Assembly (NCBI GenBank): GCA_030141605.1
Contig: JAQGDQ010001927.1
Location: 1 to 20,739 of the forward strand
Origin: Tubiluchus corallicola
Lineage: Eukaryota > Animalia > Priapulida
Length of the DNA: 20,739 bases
Direction of reading: 5' to 3'
Shown here: positions 1 to 11,100 of the stretch, piece after piece
Position numbering within the stretch: position 1 is the first letter of the stretch
Layout of the letters: each line of letters starts with the position of its first letter
Translations under genes and position numbers: made by a program
Notes under the pieces: generated by a model
Database searches by the model: none
Seen by the model: only the letters and a program-made list of their open reading frames with translations
Told to the model about the DNA's origin: nothing

Positions 1-345
1 ACAAGACCACCAATGTTCAATACGTAACTGAACGAAGTACAATGACTTATTACGCATTGCTACAAGCTGACAAGTTTTACTACAAGAATACATTAGACAT
101 TAGTAGAAAATGACGGTTGGAAAATATTAATGAACGATTCTTTAAGACTGATGCATTTTATATCAGATAGAAGCTACTGGAAGCGTTCAGTACGTAATAT
201 AAAGTCATATATACATTGGACTATTTTACAGTTAGCAACATAGGTAAATTCATCTTTTCCGAATAATAACAACTTCAACAGATCATTATTTCCTAAGGCA
301 GCTATAATAAGGTTTTCAGGCAGATGTATTTCATTTAATTTATCA

Positions 346-410
346 AACCCTAGCTAGTTGATACAATGTAACAATATAACGATATAACAACCCTAGCTAG
401 TTGATACAAT
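346..410. repeat. 22 bp perfect direct repeat, two copies (346-367, 389-410)
   Basis: aaccctagctagttgatacaat occurs twice, 43 bp apart. Confidence 0.9.
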
Positions 411-622
411 ATTATGTTATATGAGACGTCCAGGCGAATGTTTTAAAACCTAAAAAAGTGAACCGTATCCTTGATAGCGACAGTTGATCAGATAGCAAAC
501 GTCCAGTCAAGGTCATTAGCTTTTTGTGAATCATTATAGGTTCGTGTATTATTAAAGGATTTATTCCTTTTACATTTGTCGACAACAGTTTGCGTTGTAA
601 AACGCATTAAGCCTACGGTGAT

Positions 623-1020
623 GGTCACAAAAAACTTAATTAATTTTGGTTAGGGTTATGATTAGGGTTAAGGTAATTTCTTTCCTGTGCCTATTTTTCT
701 CAGACTTATTTTCCTGTGACTTACTTGCCTGTGACTTTGTTCTGTGACTTATTTTCCTGTGACTTCTTTCTGTGACTTACTTTCAAGTGATTTTTTTGTG
801 ACTTATTTTTCTGCGACTTTTTCCAGTGACTTATTTCCTGTCACTTTTTTTCTGTGACTTATTTCCTGTCACTTTTTTCTGTGACTTATTTCCTGTCACT
901 CTTTTCTGTGACTTATTTTGTTGTGACTTTTTCACTGATTTATTTTCCTGTACCTTTTTTCTGTGATTTATTTCCTGTGACTTTTTTTGTGATTTTTTTA
1001 CTTGCAATTTTATCACCTGC
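623..1020. mobile_element. Probable non-autonomous element: short TTAGGG-like core (about 648-673) followed by an array of 15-17 bp TGTGACTT(A)TTTTC units (about 680-1020)
   Basis: About 20 degenerate units; one reverse-complement unit (gtcacaaaaaa, 624-634) lies on the other side of the core. The repeat is certain; the mobile-element call is inference. Confidence 0.55.
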
Positions 1021-1229
1021 ATTCTAGGTTCCATTAGTGCATGAGCTGACCTGTCTTTCCAACGTTCGTTTTATAACACAAACACTAAATAATACAAAAT
1101 CCAAGAGTTTTATTGCATTGGTTTCTGCAGCCACGAATTTGGTTTTAGCCTAGGATCATTAACATCGAATTAACTTTCTGCTGACGATGGTCGCCCATAG
1201 CTTATTTTGGCTCATTAATACGTTTCTAG

Positions 1230-1350
1230 GTTTGTAATGCCCTCGTGTGGAGACACTAGGCAGACTAACAGACTCTGAGAAACCACTATTTCGTGGCACA
1301 TTTAATGGAATTATACATCTTCGCAATAATATTGATACGTGTGGAAGTTG
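1230..1350 (+). pseudogene. Degenerate remnant of the exon for the middle of the PLAT domain
   Basis: Acceptor-like tttctag at 1223-1229. RLTDSEKPLF resembles the PLAT L.D...P.F motif. With 1-nt shifts the following bases read G T L M E L Y I x R N N I D T C G S (W), resembling G.L..L.IWHDNSG...SW. All three frames from the acceptor hit a stop. Confidence 0.5.
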
Positions 1351-1784
1351 TAATTGTACATTTCAATTAGGTGCTGCCATCTATGAACTAATCCTGTTAC
1401 TCTCCCAGCTACTTCCCCCAATATCAGTGAATGCATATTCACTGGTTTTCTCCCAATTTTAAAGTAATGGTTTTTGTGAAGCCTGTGCAAGTCTGCACAG
1501 CTCACCTATACCTATATATACTGACTGGTTTTACTTTCCAGTCACTCTCGCTCTCAGTGTTCAGCGCAGGACTCTCACTCTCAGTGTTCAGTGCAGGACT
1601 CTCTAACTCTCAGTGTTCAGTGCAGCACACTCTCATTCTCAGTGTTCAGTGCAGCAGTCATTTTACTCATGTGTATGTAGTTTAATAAATCCTTTTCTGT
1701 TTTGTGCAATGAAGATATGTATTATAGATTTTTTATTCTTGTTCTATAAGTGTGTGATCTACAACTTTAAACATGACTTTCACA
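1340..1784 (+). repeat. Local duplication, copy 1 (about 445 bp), with an internal about 27 bp tandem actctcactctcagtgttcagtgcagg
   Basis: Collinear with 2147-2565 from tgtggaagttg to acatgactttcaca; the internal unit is present about 4 times here. Confidence 0.92.
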
Positions 1785-2146
1785 ATACGATATAATCACA
1801 ATAAATATGAATCATACACAAGAAAATGGCATATTTTAACACCAAACGGTAAATTCGCTGCTGTTTGTCCGTCTCTTGCTAGACTGGCCAGGAAAGTTAG
1901 GTCATGTGACACGCGGGAAAAGGAGAAACTAATCGAAAAATTTGTTTAATTATTTGAGTAATTTCGAACATCCAGCACAAATCTACAAGTATCTATCCCA
2001 GTTATGTATACGGGAAAAGTAGACCATGGATCTATAATATTGAATCAGCCTCGGCCACAGTTACAAAGAGAATTATTGTTTTGACGATTATAACGACATG
2101 CATGTTTGTACTTATAAGGAACACTATTTCAGTTGCTGATTCATAT

Positions 2147-2565
2147 TGTGGAAGTTGGAATTGTACATTTTTAATTAGGTGCTGCCATCTATGAACTAAT
2201 CCTGTTACATTCTACCAGCTGTCTTACCCCCAGTATAATTGTATGGTCCAGTGAATGCATATTCACTGGTTCTGTCCCTATTTTAAAGTAATGGTTGTTG
2301 TGAAGCCTGTGCAAGTCTGCATAGGTCACCTATACCTATATATACTGACTGGTTCTGCTTTCTAGTCACTCTCACTCTCACTCTCTCATTCTCAGTGTTC
2401 AGTGCAGCAGTCGTGCTACTCATGTGTCTGTAGTTTTAATAAACACTTTTCTGTTGCGTGCAGTGCAAATATGTATTACAGATTTTTTATTCTTGTTCAT
2501 ACTTCTGTGCCTAAACTCAATCATTACAAAGTGAGTGATCTACAAGTTTAGACATGACTTTCACA
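2147..2565 (+). repeat. Local duplication, copy 2 (about 420 bp)
   Basis: Shares long exact blocks with copy 1 (aattaggtgctgccatctatgaactaatcctgttac; gtgaagcctgtgcaagtctgca; cacctatacctatatatactgactggtt); the internal unit is present once. Confidence 0.92.
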
Positions 2566-2904
2566 TAAGCAGTTGAGAATACAGGGCCTAACGTTAAATG
2601 TTTTTTTCATCAAAGCGTTTGTCTTCACTGTTCATAATTAACTTGAGACACATAATTAACAACTTCCTGTGTTAAAATCAGTGGATGAAAAACTCGTGAC
2701 AAAAATTAGTAACTTCTTAACATAAAATGAACAGATGAGAAACTCGTAGCTACGTGATTAGTAAATTACCAGTTGCTTATTGCTTATTGAGATACTAACA
2801 TATTTCGTGCATCGTTAGACACTGATTTTAGAAAAGTATGTGATACACAAGTATGGCTACAACATACAGTTAAGACGTCTGATAATTACCGAAGTTTTTG
2901 GCTC

Positions 2905-3330
2905 AGGGGTGAGCAGTCCCTACCGGAAAGCGAATTCGAATCGAACCGATTTTGTGACTTTCGAATTCGAATCGAACCGAACTTCAGTGTTTCGAATTCG
3001 AACCAAAGTCGAATTGAGATTGAACGATTTTCGAATAAGTTTTCGAAGCACCAGTTCTTACAAAATTAGTCTTACAAAGATCATGCATATCACTAGATTT
3101 TGTTCTGCAATAAAACGACTAGTAATTTCTTAAAATTGCGTGCAGAAATCACAGCTAAATTATGCTAATTGCATGATGTTTCAATCGTTTTAATGATAAA
3201 GAACATATGTGATTGAAGTGCTGAAATATTCGAATCTATAGTTTTGGATTCGTATCGAGTTCGAACTAAAAAAACTTTCGAATCAATTTCGATTCGAATG
3301 TTTGAACTCGAACGTTCGATGCTCACCCCT
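2905..3330. mobile_element. MITE, about 426 bp, rich in TTCGAA/TCGAA motifs (possibly hAT-derived)
   Basis: Perfect 11 bp terminal inverted repeats aggggtgagca (2905-2915) and tgctcacccct (3320-3330); subterminal TTCGAA clusters at both ends; no coding capacity. Confidence 0.8.
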
Positions 3331-3390
3331 AAGGCTCAAATATATTTAGTTAACAATATTTGGTACATAAAAAGCTTCTTGTAATTTTAG

Positions 3391-3529
3391 GTACTTGAAT
3401 CAGATTGTTATAAGAGATTTGCAGACAAATCAAGTTTGGTGTTTTTTGTACAATAATTGGTTGGCGGTGCACCATGGTCCACAGACAATTCATTGCACAT
3501 TGGGACCAGCAAAAATGCAAAAACTTGTT
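3391..3529 (+). CDS. PKD1L: PKD1-like exon: C-terminal half of PLAT/LH2 domain
   Basis: ttttag|G TAC TTG...CTT GTT|gtaagt; (W)YLNQIVIRDLQTNQVWCFLYNNWLAVHHGPQTIHCTLGPAKMQKLV; phase 2 to 0. Confidence 0.9.
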
Positions 3530-5137
3530 GTAAGTTTTGAGAATTATTATAGTACACTTATTGTCTTTCTAAGACTGACAATATTATCTTGTGTTTGTAA
3601 AACTTGTTAGGCCTATAAAAATTAATAATACTAATGAAATGAGCATTAGTAAATATCAGTCGCCCTTCCAACCATCTTCATCCAACTTCATATAAAAATT
3701 AATAATACTAATGAAATGAGCAAGCAAATGAGCATTAGTAAGTATCGGCTACCCTTCCAACCATCTTCATCCAACTTCATATAAAATTTAATAATACTAA
3801 TGAAATGAGCAAGCAAATGAGCATTAGTAAGTATCGGCCACCCTTCATCTTCATCCAACTTCATATAAAATTTATTAATATTAATGAAATGAGCAAGCAA
3901 ATGAGCATTAGCAAGTATCGGCCACCCTTCCAACCATCTTCATCCAACTTCATATAAAATTTAATAATACTAATGAAATGAGCAAGCAAATGAGCATTAG
4001 CAAGTATCGGCCACCCTTCCAACCATCTTCATCCAACTTCAAATAAAAATTAATAATATTAATGAAATGAGCAAGCAAATGAGCATTAGTAAGTATCGGG
4101 TGCCCTTCCAACCATCTTCATCCAACTTCAAATAAAAATTAATAATACTAATGAAATGAGCAAGCAAATGAGCATTAGTAAGTATCGGCTGCCCTTCCAA
4201 CCATCTTCATCCAAATGAGCAAGCAAATGAGCATTAGTAAGTATCGGCTGCCCTTCCAACCATCTTCATCCAACTTCATATAAAATTAATAATACTAATG
4301 AAATGAGCAAGCAAATGAGCATTAGTAAGTATCGGCTGCCCTTCCAACCATCTTCATCCAACTTCATATAAAATTTAATAATACTAATGAAATGAGCAAG
4401 CAAATGAGCATTAGTAAGTATCGGCTGCCCTTCCAACCATCTTCATCCAACTTCAAATAAAAATTAATAATACTAATGAAATGAGCAAGCAAATGAGCAT
4501 TAGTAAGTATCGGCTGCCCTTCCAACCGTCTTCATCCAAATGAGCAAGCAAATGAGCATTAGTAAGTATCGGCTGCCCTTCCAACCATCTTCATCCAACT
4601 TCATATAAAATTTAATAATATTAATGAAATGAGCAAGCAAATGAGCATTAGTAAGTATCGGCTGCCCTTCCAACCATCTTCATCCAACTTCATATAAAAT
4701 TTAATAATACTAATGAAATGAGCAAGCAAATGAGCATTAGTAAGTATCGGCTGCCCTTCCAACCATCTTCATCCAACTTCACCTATAAGGATAAAACTGA
4801 ATGGAACAACAAATAAACATCTTATAAGGAAGTATTTTATACTACCCATGTAATTTTTTAGTAAATAAAATAATAAACTCTAACTAGAAAACACAGTTTA
4901 AACACAACGACAAGGAAAATTATAAGAGACTCAACTGGTTAATAACCGTTTTTTCTAATAAATGTTAGATTCAATCTGTTTTGTCGTTATTAGTGTAGTT
5001 GGTTAAAGAGTGATGTTAGGGCACCGGAAGCTTACTAAATAAAGTTCAGTAAAATGCTTTTTAGTTTCCTATTTAATAATGCTAAATTAGGCTTGCAGAT
5101 CCAAGCTCCTTTTTTAATTTTGTAGCATTATAAATTC

Positions 5138-5172
<35 letters not shown>

Positions 5173-8100
5173 TGCTTTATTTCACAAACATAAACACAAG
5201 AAGAAAACAGTAAACAAATCACAAACTGAAGTAAACAATGAAAACATTGCATTGTAAAATGAAACTCATCTTCTGTGCTCCCATTTTCTCATATCAACAA
5301 AAGTTAAAATGGTGTTTGTTTATATTTAGGGATTTGCACATGTCTTTGCTTGTAAAACTGCCGTAGGATTTCGGGACAGTCACCTATGGGCTAGTATATT
5401 TTGTAGACCACCTCAGAGCAATTTCACTAGAGTTCAGGTGTGATGTATTGCTCTCTTTTTCGTATCTTTTTTTCACTTGCATCACTTGAGCTTGTAAGCC
5501 AACTAAAATATGCACAAAATGTGTCATGAGTCACTATACACTTTACAATTTCTATAATTTTTAACAGTCAGAACAAAATGTTTGAAAGTTGGCGTAGATG
5601 AATTAAAACCTTGTGCAATTTTTTCGGCAAATTAAATAAAAATCTGGAAAGAACTATCGCACTAGTAGGATTTGCTATTATCACTACCATTTTTGGAGAC
5701 ATCTAGAGCTTTAGAGGCCAATCCCGTGGCAAGTTGGGTATCTTGCACTGAAAAAAGTCCCACGAGTTGTGAGAAAGTCCTGTACCGCTGCTCTGTTAAA
5801 TTTTAGAAAATAGTGTGGTCAATATGGTGTTCTGAATTTCTGCTGAACCGCAGTTGGTACTTGAAGGACCTCATGCCAGGTTGATGTTGCCCATCATTAC
5901 TAGCGTTACTGTCATCGCCATAGCAACGGTGTTCCAGTCAAACAATAAATACAAAGAATGGCCAAAGCCCTTTAGAAAAGTTTGATTCATATAAGAATTT
6001 GTGGAGATTGGAGAAAAGCTTAAAAAGCAAATTAGAAATAAAAGTGTATAGTGACTTTCGAGACTCACTGTATTTTAAGCATTTGCAGTAATCGACAGTT
6101 ATTAAAAGTATTTTTCTACTTGCAGAGGTTGACTTGTGCGTTGTCCTTGCTTCTCACGAGCATGCTAGCAAACATCATGTTCTATGGCATCCCTACAGAC
6201 CCGAAAGAACAACTTGTCATTGGGAGCATAAGACTGTCATTGCCGAATATCATCATAGGTATTTATTTTTACATAACATGTTTTTCTTAGGCAAGGGGAT
6301 ACTCTTAAACGTACATGGTGTTGCGGGATATTTCTTTTACTACTTCACAATATTACTTTTTTTACCTGTTAATGATACGATTCTTGCTATGGTAGACAGA
6401 AAAGTTGCTTTTTACCTGTTAATGATACGATACTTGCTATGGTAGACAGAAATAATGTTTTTACCTGTTAATGATACGATACTTGCTATGGTAGACAGAA
6501 AAGATGCTTTATACCTGTTAATGATACGATACTTGCTACGGTAGACACAAAAACTGCTTTTTTACCTGTTAATGATACTATAGTTGCTATGGTAAACAGG
6601 AAAGATGCTTTTTACCTGTTAATGATACGATACTTGCTACGGTAGACAAAAAAACTGCTTTTTTACCAGTTAATGACACTATACTTGCTATGGTAAACAG
6701 GAAAGATGCTTTTTACCTGTTAATGATACGATACTTGCTATGGTAGACAGAAATAATGTTTTTACCTGTTAATGATACGATACTTGCTATGGTAGACAAA
6801 AAAGATGCTTTATACCTGTTAATGATACGATACTTGCTACGGTAGACACAAAAACTGCTTTTTTACCTGTTAATGACACTATACTTGCTATGGTAAACAG
6901 GAAAGATGCTTTTTACCTGTTAATGATACGATACTTGCTATGGTAGACAGAAATAATGTTTTTACCTGTTAATGATACGATACTTGCTATGGTAGACAGA
7001 AAAGATGCTTTATACCTGTTAATGATACGATACTTGCTATGGTAGACAGAAAAGATGCTTTATACCTGATAATGATACGATACTTGCTACGGTAGACACA
7101 AAAACTGCTTTTTTACCTGTTAATGACACTATACTTGCTATGGTAAACAGGAAAGATGCTTTTTACCTGTTAATGATACGATACTTGCTATTGTAGACAG
7201 AAATAATGTTTTTACCTGTTAATGATACGATACTTGCTATGGTAGACAGAGAAGATGCTTTATACCTGTTAATGATACGATACTTGCTACGGTAGACACA
7301 AAAACTGCTTTTTTACCTGTTAATGACACTATACTTGCTATGGTAAACAGGAAAGATGCTTTTTACCTGTTAATGATACGATACTTGCTATGGTAGACAG
7401 AAAAGATGCTTTATACCTGTTAATGATACGATACTTGCTACGGTAGACACAAAAACTGCTTTTTTACCTGTTAATGACACTATACTTGCTATGGTAAACA
7501 GGAAAGATGCTTTTTACCTGTTAATGATACGATACTTGCTATGGTAAACAGAAAAGATGCTTTATACCTGTTAATGATACGATTCTTGCTATGGTAGACA
7601 GAAAAATGCATTTTTAAAACTAAGTGTTGAAGGAGGTATTACGTCCAGTAATTATTGTTCCCAAAACTAAGTGTTGAAAGAGTTGTTACGTCTAGTAATT
7701 ATTGTTCCCAAAACAAGGTGTTGAATGAGTTATTACGTCCAGTAATTATTGTTCCCAAAACTAGGTGTTGAAGGAGTTATTACGTCCAGTAATTATTGTT
7801 CCCAAAACTAGGTGTTGAAGGAGGTATTACGTCCAGTAATTATTGTTCCCAAAACTAAGTGTTGAAGGAGTTATTACGTCCAGTAATTATTGTTCCCAAA
7901 ACTAAGTGTTGAAGGAGTTATTACGTCCAGTAATAATTGTTCCCAAAACTAACTGTTGAAGGAGGTATTACGTCAAGTAATTATAGTTCATAAAACTAAG
8001 TGTTGAAGGAGTTATTACGTCCAGTAATTATTGTTCCCAAAACTAAGTGTTGAAGGAGTTATTACGTCCAGTAATTATTGTTCCCAAAACTAAGTGTTGA

Positions 8101-11100
8101 AGGAGTTATTACGTCCAGTAATTATTGTTCCCAAAACTAAGTGTTGAAGGAGTTATTACGTCCAGTAATTATTTTTCCCAAAACTAAGTGTTGAAGGAGT
8201 TATTACGTCCAATAATCATTGTTCATAAAACTAAGTGTTGCTCTACAGAATAACATACATTTTACTTTGGACAAAGTTTGTTTGAAACTGAACAGGGTAC
8301 TTTTTCAGCTACGCAGGTATTTTCTAACAACATTATGTATTTTAGGCATTGAAAGCAGTTTAATCGTACTTCCTATCAATATACTTATTGTTCTGGTTTT
8401 CCGAATGGCAAAGGGTTCAGAGGAAACAGTACTTTTGTCCTTTACTGGTCGTAAAGAAAACGCGAAAGTACAGTAAGTTATGTATTATACTGTTTATATG
8501 CTACATAATCGGGTTGAACTAATCAGTAGGCGTAGCATGGGGCCTTTCGTGCTTGAGGCCGTCAATCTTTGGCGACATTTGGTTAAAAAAATCACTATGA
8601 TTGTGGTGAAATATCTGCTAATTTGGTTTGTAATAAATGCTAAAATAGCGACATTTCTAAAACAATATTTTTATTACAAACAATAGATCGCTATTCTAGT
8701 TTATTTAAAGAATTTGCAATAAGATTCGATTTGCGCAAATGTAGCTAAAATATATCAAGAGTAAAAATATTCTGGACTGGTACTGGTAAATTAGAAAGGT
8801 GGCTTCGTCTGAGGGTGAGGTGGGGGCATAATTTTATTTGCCAAGGTGTCCAAAAAATCATTATCCTGCCCTGTATATGATTACCTTATTACTGTGTTAT
8901 TATTATTTATATCTATAATAAAATTATATAAAAAATGTGTATGTAATATATGTAGTAAAAGATTTAGATTATTATGTGTACACCCACTTGTAATAAAATA
9001 TTTATATTTGTGATAAGAATTATTATGATACTGAATCAAACAAATTTTATAAGATTGCATAATTTGGACTTTAAGCAGACATTCGTTTTGTAATTGTGAT
9101 ACTTAAAGCATAACAATTTAATGGTTTTCGTAAAGTTTGGCATTAATAAGCCCAATACTACAGCAAACAAACAGAAATAGAGAATCTATTTTGACCCGTG
9201 GGACCATTTCTGTAAGAATGTAAATAAATTCAGAGAGCAATTAACTGGGTAATTATTTTGGCTGAAGTTTACAATTCCACACACACAAAAAATAGGTTTG
9301 TGAAGCAGATTAGGATTAGGATTAGAGTTAGAGTTGGGATTAGAGTTAAGGTTAGGGTGGGATTAGCGTTAGGATTAGAGTTAGGGTTAGGGTGTGATTA
9401 GGGTTATGGTTCGGATTAAAGCTAAGGTTAGTGTGGGATTAGGGTTAGGATAAAAGTTAGAGTTGGGATCAGAGTTAAGGTTAGGGTGCGATTAGGGTTA
9501 GGATTAGAGTTGGGGTTAGGGTGGGATTAGCATTAGAATTAGAGTTGGGGTTGGGATTAGTTAAGGTTAGGGTTAGGGTTAGAGTTAGGGTTGTTGGAGG
9601 GTTAGAGTTTGGGCAAGGGCTAGGGTTGGTGGAGGGTTAGAGTTTGGGCTAGGGTTTGGGTTAGTGTACGGGTTGGGATTAGAGTTAGTGTTGGGATTAG
9701 TGTTAGGGTTAGGGTTGTTGAAGGGTTAGAGTTAGGGTAGGGGTTGGTGAAATGTTAGAGTTTGGGCTAGGGCTAGGGTTAGGGTTAGGGTTAGGGTTGT
9801 TGGAGGGTTAGAGTTAGGGTTAGGGTTAGGGTTAGGGTTAGGGTTGGTGGAGGGTTAGAGTTTGGGCTAGGGCTAATGTTAGGGTTAGGGTTGGTGGAGG
9901 GTTAGAGTTTGGGCTAGGGTTTGGGTTAGGGTAAGGGTTGGGATTAGATTTAGGGTAGGGATTAGAGTTAGGGTTAGGGCTAGGGCTAGGGTTAGAGTTT
10001 GGGTTTGGGCTAGGGTTAGGGTTAGGGTTAGGGTTAGGGTTAGGGTTGGTGGAGGGTTAGAGTTTGGGCTAGGGCTAGGGTAAAGGCACTTAAATCGTGT
10101 AACGAATTGTAAACTCCTCAACTTCACAAGTAATGTGTCGACTGGTATCATTTTCAGTCTAAACTCTAATGTTAATTAGTGTTAAAAACTTCTGCAAAAT
10201 ATCAAGTGATTATGGAAACATTTGTATACAAATTTTCTTGTGTTTTTAATTTCTTAACATATTTATTTTACAGAGAGGACGACTCATTCGAAAACCTTGT
10301 CTCTTCATCTTACGTACGCTTTGACAAAAAGGTATAAAATTCTGTGGGACTACAAATTTTGGGGGCAAACATGGAGCTAACATTTGGTGAATTTTTATGT
10401 ATTCTGCATCTTAGAGTATAATAAATGTGAGCGATTAATGTAGAACTTGCAAATAATGCTCAAAGCACAGGAAAACCCTCCACTTGCAAAAAGCTTAAAA
10501 AATTCGTCTTGAAATTTTATACCGCTTACATACTGCCTTTTTGCATGCAGGGCTTGTGTCGGCAGTAATGCTGTATAAAATGTGTTTAAACTCCCGTGAT
10601 GACTGTTAGGCGCAGCCATTTTGATGGTAGGTCGTTGGAAACTAGTTTAGTTTGTGTAAAGTGTTACAGTACTGTTTAAACGTATGATGTCACGAAAAAT
10701 GGGCTCTACGTTATATGGCATCACAAACCAACATGGCAGTTCATGAGCATGGTTATCACGGTACCGCCTTCTATTTGTCGACCACGCTTAGGTGAAAAAA
10801 TGTTGCCAATCTTAGTAAATTCAATGAGCCGTGCGCAGCTTTGAACGTTTAACGAAATTTGAGTATCCGATTGATTCAAAATAAACTATTGTGGTTTTCG
10901 ATATTTTTTAGCATTCTTTATTCTGAACTCGTGTTTACACAATCATCCGGTTTTCCTTTAACAATAAGCAATTATTAACTTTAACTTTAACCAATTCTCA
11001 AGTTCCTCCTGATGACTCAAAAACCTGTATTTGTATTTGTTTTTAGTCTTCCTTACTCCTTTCATAACATATTCCTTGAAAAATATTGTAACTATACGTA

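Noticed and set aside
3615-8240. Regular repeat arrays as a CRISPR locus
   Set aside because: Units are contiguous with no unique spacers, no cas genes are present, and the arrays lie in spliceosomal introns
8524-8873. Possible degraded MITE (cagtaggcgtagc ... cctgccctg)
   Set aside because: Ends do not form a convincing inverted repeat and no target duplication is visible
9308-10081. True telomere or head-to-head fusion site
   Set aside because: Degenerate, single orientation with no CCCTAA switch, and the gene continues in frame on both sides
831-10151. Repetitive ORFs 831-1034, 3688-3933 and 9885-10151
   Set aside because: Translations of tandem repeats; no independent coding evidence
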